Source: Octopus bimaculoides (Eukaryota). Taken from it: a stretch of DNA of 36,102 nucleotides. The DNA lies in assembly GCF_001194135.2 (NCBI RefSeq), contig NC_069001.1, forward strand, positions 30,698,920-30,735,021, given 5' to 3'. This document shows, piece by piece, positions 32,766-36,102 of the stretch. The notes beneath the pieces were generated by a model. The model saw nothing but the letters and a program-made list of their open reading frames with translations, was not told where the DNA came from and ran no database searches. The number at the start of each line of letters is the position of its first letter. Position 1 is the first letter of the stretch. The translations under genes were made by a program, and so were the position numbers.

Positions 32766-34321
32766 ATTAACAAAAATCTTGGAATATAGGGAGGCAGCGG
32801 ATATGCTAATAAATCATTAGTGATAATTGATCTGTGCATTATTTTGTAGGGCTCTTATAGGAAGCAAATCACAGCTGCCCTTCGCAGTATTTGAACACAG
32901 AACATACAGAGCCGGAACAAAAATCCGCTATGAATGTTGTCTGAAATGTAATAATCTGTCCAGTTACTGACATATTTTATTAACAATATTGCTTTCTGTA
33001 ATTGTCACATGGCCAAACAAATAAGCCACGAGTGTTTAGTTGATTAATGGCCCGTACTATTTGATTGGTACTCACTTTATCGGCACTCTATCGAACTGCA
33101 AAGCAAACAGTCATTTAATCGGCTAATCTACCGATTCGGTTACGCCAGATCCTTCATTTCATGCATAAGGCTAAACATAATTGTAAAGTCTTGCTGGAAA
33201 AGAGAGTGATGAACCGGCGCCGCGAAAATCTCTTGTGGCGGCTTCAGCTGTTTTTAATATCTGCCATATTTCAATCAAATTTTATAAACACAGAAATGCA
33301 GAAAATGTTGTATAATGTAGTTTGATATGCAAAACGCATACTAAATCTTAATAAAGACGCGATGGTTACGAGTGGAACATCTTGGATATTTGCTCAACAT
33401 AGGCTTGCTTATATGAGACGAAGTAACACAAAAAGCATCGATACATAATATGTGATGGCGGCTATATTGAGAAAAACTTTGTCTTCTCCACCACCAGCTT
33501 CCTATTCGATCAGGTTCATTTGTTGTGGATTATACTATTTTGTTTATTTTATTTTATTTATTTATTTATTTATTCAATCATTCATTTATTTATTGTGGTG
33601 TTGCTTCTTAAACATTGTCGTACCACAAAAAGTGTTTCACTGAAATTTCTGATATATGTACAAAGCAGGTATTTTAGCGTTATCAATTTTATCGACCATG
33701 GAAGAAAGAAAGACGAAACTGACGCCAGTACAGGTTGAGCTCAGATCCTAAAGGCTGTAATTATCATGAAAATGCCACTTTGAACGTGAAAGTTCCGAAT
33801 GCCCCATATAATAAGGATAATCATATATAATATGTAATAATTATAAACTGTGCCTTTGTATAAAGTTCAAAAGACGTATCAGAAAATATCTCTAAAACGA
33901 TTCATTTCTTAACCTGCTTTTCGAAATCAAGTAGGCATAGGTTATAGATATGTTTCGGTAATAACATCCATGGAAACAACAAGGGGGGCCTAAAAGTATA
34001 TCAACAGCTGACAATTGAAATCCGGGCAAAGAGAAGAGTATAATAAAATGCGAAAATTTGCCAATTGTTATTGGCTGTTGTTTGTAGCTGCTGATGCGAC
34101 TGCTATAGGTTTCTTTGTTGTTTATTTTCTCGGATGAAATCTGATTGACCAAATCTTTGAAAAAAAGTGCATTAAATCCGTCATTCTAGGTAATATTCGA
34201 AGTTCTGCATTATCCTGCTTTTATATATAGCACGCACGCACGCACGCACGCACGCACGCTCAGGCATTTTGCTGAATCTGCCATATGTGTGTATGTATGT
34301 GTGTGTGCGCACATATAAGAC

Positions 34322-34501
34322 GCAAACTGGCTGAATCGTTAGCGCGCCAGGCAAGATGCGTAACAGCTTTTCATCCGTCTTATCGTTTTGGGTTCAAATG
34401 CCGCCCGGGTCGAATTTGCCATTCATTCTATCGGGTTTGAACACTGGGGTTCACATAGCCAATTTCCCGACATTGCTGGCCTTGTGTCAAAATTCTAAAT
34501 C
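34322..34501 (+). mobile_element. SINE family B, diverged
   Basis: CTGGCTGAATCGTTAGCGCGCCAGGC...GGGTTCAAATGCCGCC...CTGGCCTTGTGTCAAAAT. Confidence 0.75.
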
Positions 34502-35861
34502 AATATTATATATAACACGTGACTCGTACATACTTTATGATGTCTAGTACAACAAAATGAAATCTAAAAAACACGATTTTTTTTCTTTTTAAATCAATAT
34601 GTTATAAAATGCACTTGTCTAAACGCCATGAAACTTCTCAACTGATACTCTAACAATGCGCCTCGCAACAAAAAACCCATGTATTTCAATAAATACACAA
34701 ATAGTCAACTACCAAGCAGTCTTTTTCTTCGCACCGAACGAATAATAAAAACAAAAATGAGAATTTTGTTTTCATAATATAGATATTGTAAAGTTCTTAG
34801 GAAATATTTTACCGCAATAAACATTTTCAAAATTTGAATATGTTTGTACCTGGTTACTCTGTACGCAACAATAATTTTCAAAAGCTTGAAGTAATTTATT
34901 TAACTATAATAATGATACTCCACTGTAAGTGCTGTGAGCGAGTTCGTGAGCTGAGTGTGAAAGCGAACGAGTACGTGTAATGTTTATTGAACAAGTTGAA
35001 TAAGTCTATAATTTTATTACTTATTTAAGCAATTACATAGCTTACATTTCATATTAGCATTTGTAGTGAGTTATTTTTCGCTATTTGTATTACAATTTTT
35101 TTTGTTTTTCAATTTTGCTGTTTTATTTTTTGTCAAAAGAAAAACAAAACTAAATGGCTATTTCATACAATTTTACTTTATTGAAACTATACAAAGTTTC
35201 ACTCCATAGACATTGACAACCATACACATACAAACCCACACCTACATATATATATATATATATATACGTAGTCATGCAGACATGTATATCCTAATATACA
35301 TGCATGTGGCTAGATAAATATGAAAGTACATGTCATGTATTGAAGTATTACAAAACAAAATACAAGATTCCAATAAAAAAAACATGAAAGAGAAAAGTAT
35401 GACACCAGTCGTGGGTGTAAACGAATATATATATGTGTGCGTATATAGTCAAAGGTACACACATATTCACACACCCATATATGTACATGTATACATATGT
35501 ACATATATATACATATGTATATGTAAACATATATATATACATATATAGTTATATATATATGTATATATATATATATATATGTATATGTTCAGCACTTTGT
35601 TCTTGGTTCTAATATTACAGAGGTTCACTTAGTAACTCAACCCCTTAGGATCGATAAAGTAAAGTATTCTTTGACACTGTAGACGATTCTTACACAAACA
35701 CTCTCAGATAGGTAGATAGATAGATAGCTCTGACGAAATTCTTTAAGTCGTTCAGTTTTTCTCTACCAGTAAGGTACCGATGATGACTATTGTGAACAGC
35801 TGTAAGCCAAATTTACACTAATAAAGGACAAATATATAATGACCATATATATATATATATA

Positions 35862-36030
35862 GGCACAGGCGTGGCTCTGAGGTTAGAAGCTTGGATCCCA
35901 ACTACATGGTTCCGAGTTCAGTCCCACTGCGTGGCACCTTGGGCGAGTGTCTTCTACAATAACCTCGAGCCGACCAAACCCTTTGAGTAGATTTGGTAGA
36001 CCGAAACTGCAAGAAGTCCGACGTAAAATA
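35862..36030 (+). mobile_element. SINE family C (OR2/CORE-like)
   Basis: GGCACAGGCGTGGCT...GGTTCCGAGTTCAGTCCCACTGCGTGGCACCTTGGGCGAGTGTCTTCTAC...GATTTGGTAGAC.GAAACTG. Confidence 0.85.
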
Positions 36031-36065
36031 TACATAAATTTAAACTCTCTCTCTCTTTCTCTCTT

Positions 36066-36102
<37 letters not shown>

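Overview
This is AT-rich, microsatellite-saturated eukaryotic genomic DNA with five assembly gaps. The SINE families and repeat style suggest a coleoid cephalopod, probably Octopus (inference). It is not prokaryotic, has no CRISPR array, and contains no intact host protein-coding gene that I can support; almost all listed ORFs are simple-repeat or N-run artefacts. The window is mostly mobile-element debris. It holds about four tRNA-derived SINE families, a decayed R4/Dong-type non-LTR retrotransposon, two Penelope-like (PLE) GIY-YIG remnants, and several PLE-type 3' tails carrying hammerhead-ribozyme (HHR) motifs of three architectures. It also holds a decayed hAT transposase, a Tc1/mariner N-terminal fragment and three MITE/foldback elements. 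The most notable signals are: (i) the HHR motifs, the best being an extended type I hammerhead at 672-759 (-); (ii) a 76/76-bp perfect inverted repeat bracketing 1.78 kb; (iii) a phased TGTCA/TAATT motif cluster with alternative hairpins and a TATA box at about 8.7-8.9 kb; (iv) a promoter-like region plus non-coding exon with a consensus splice donor about 220 bp upstream of the hAT transposase ATG. All family assignments come from motif recognition by eye and need database confirmation.
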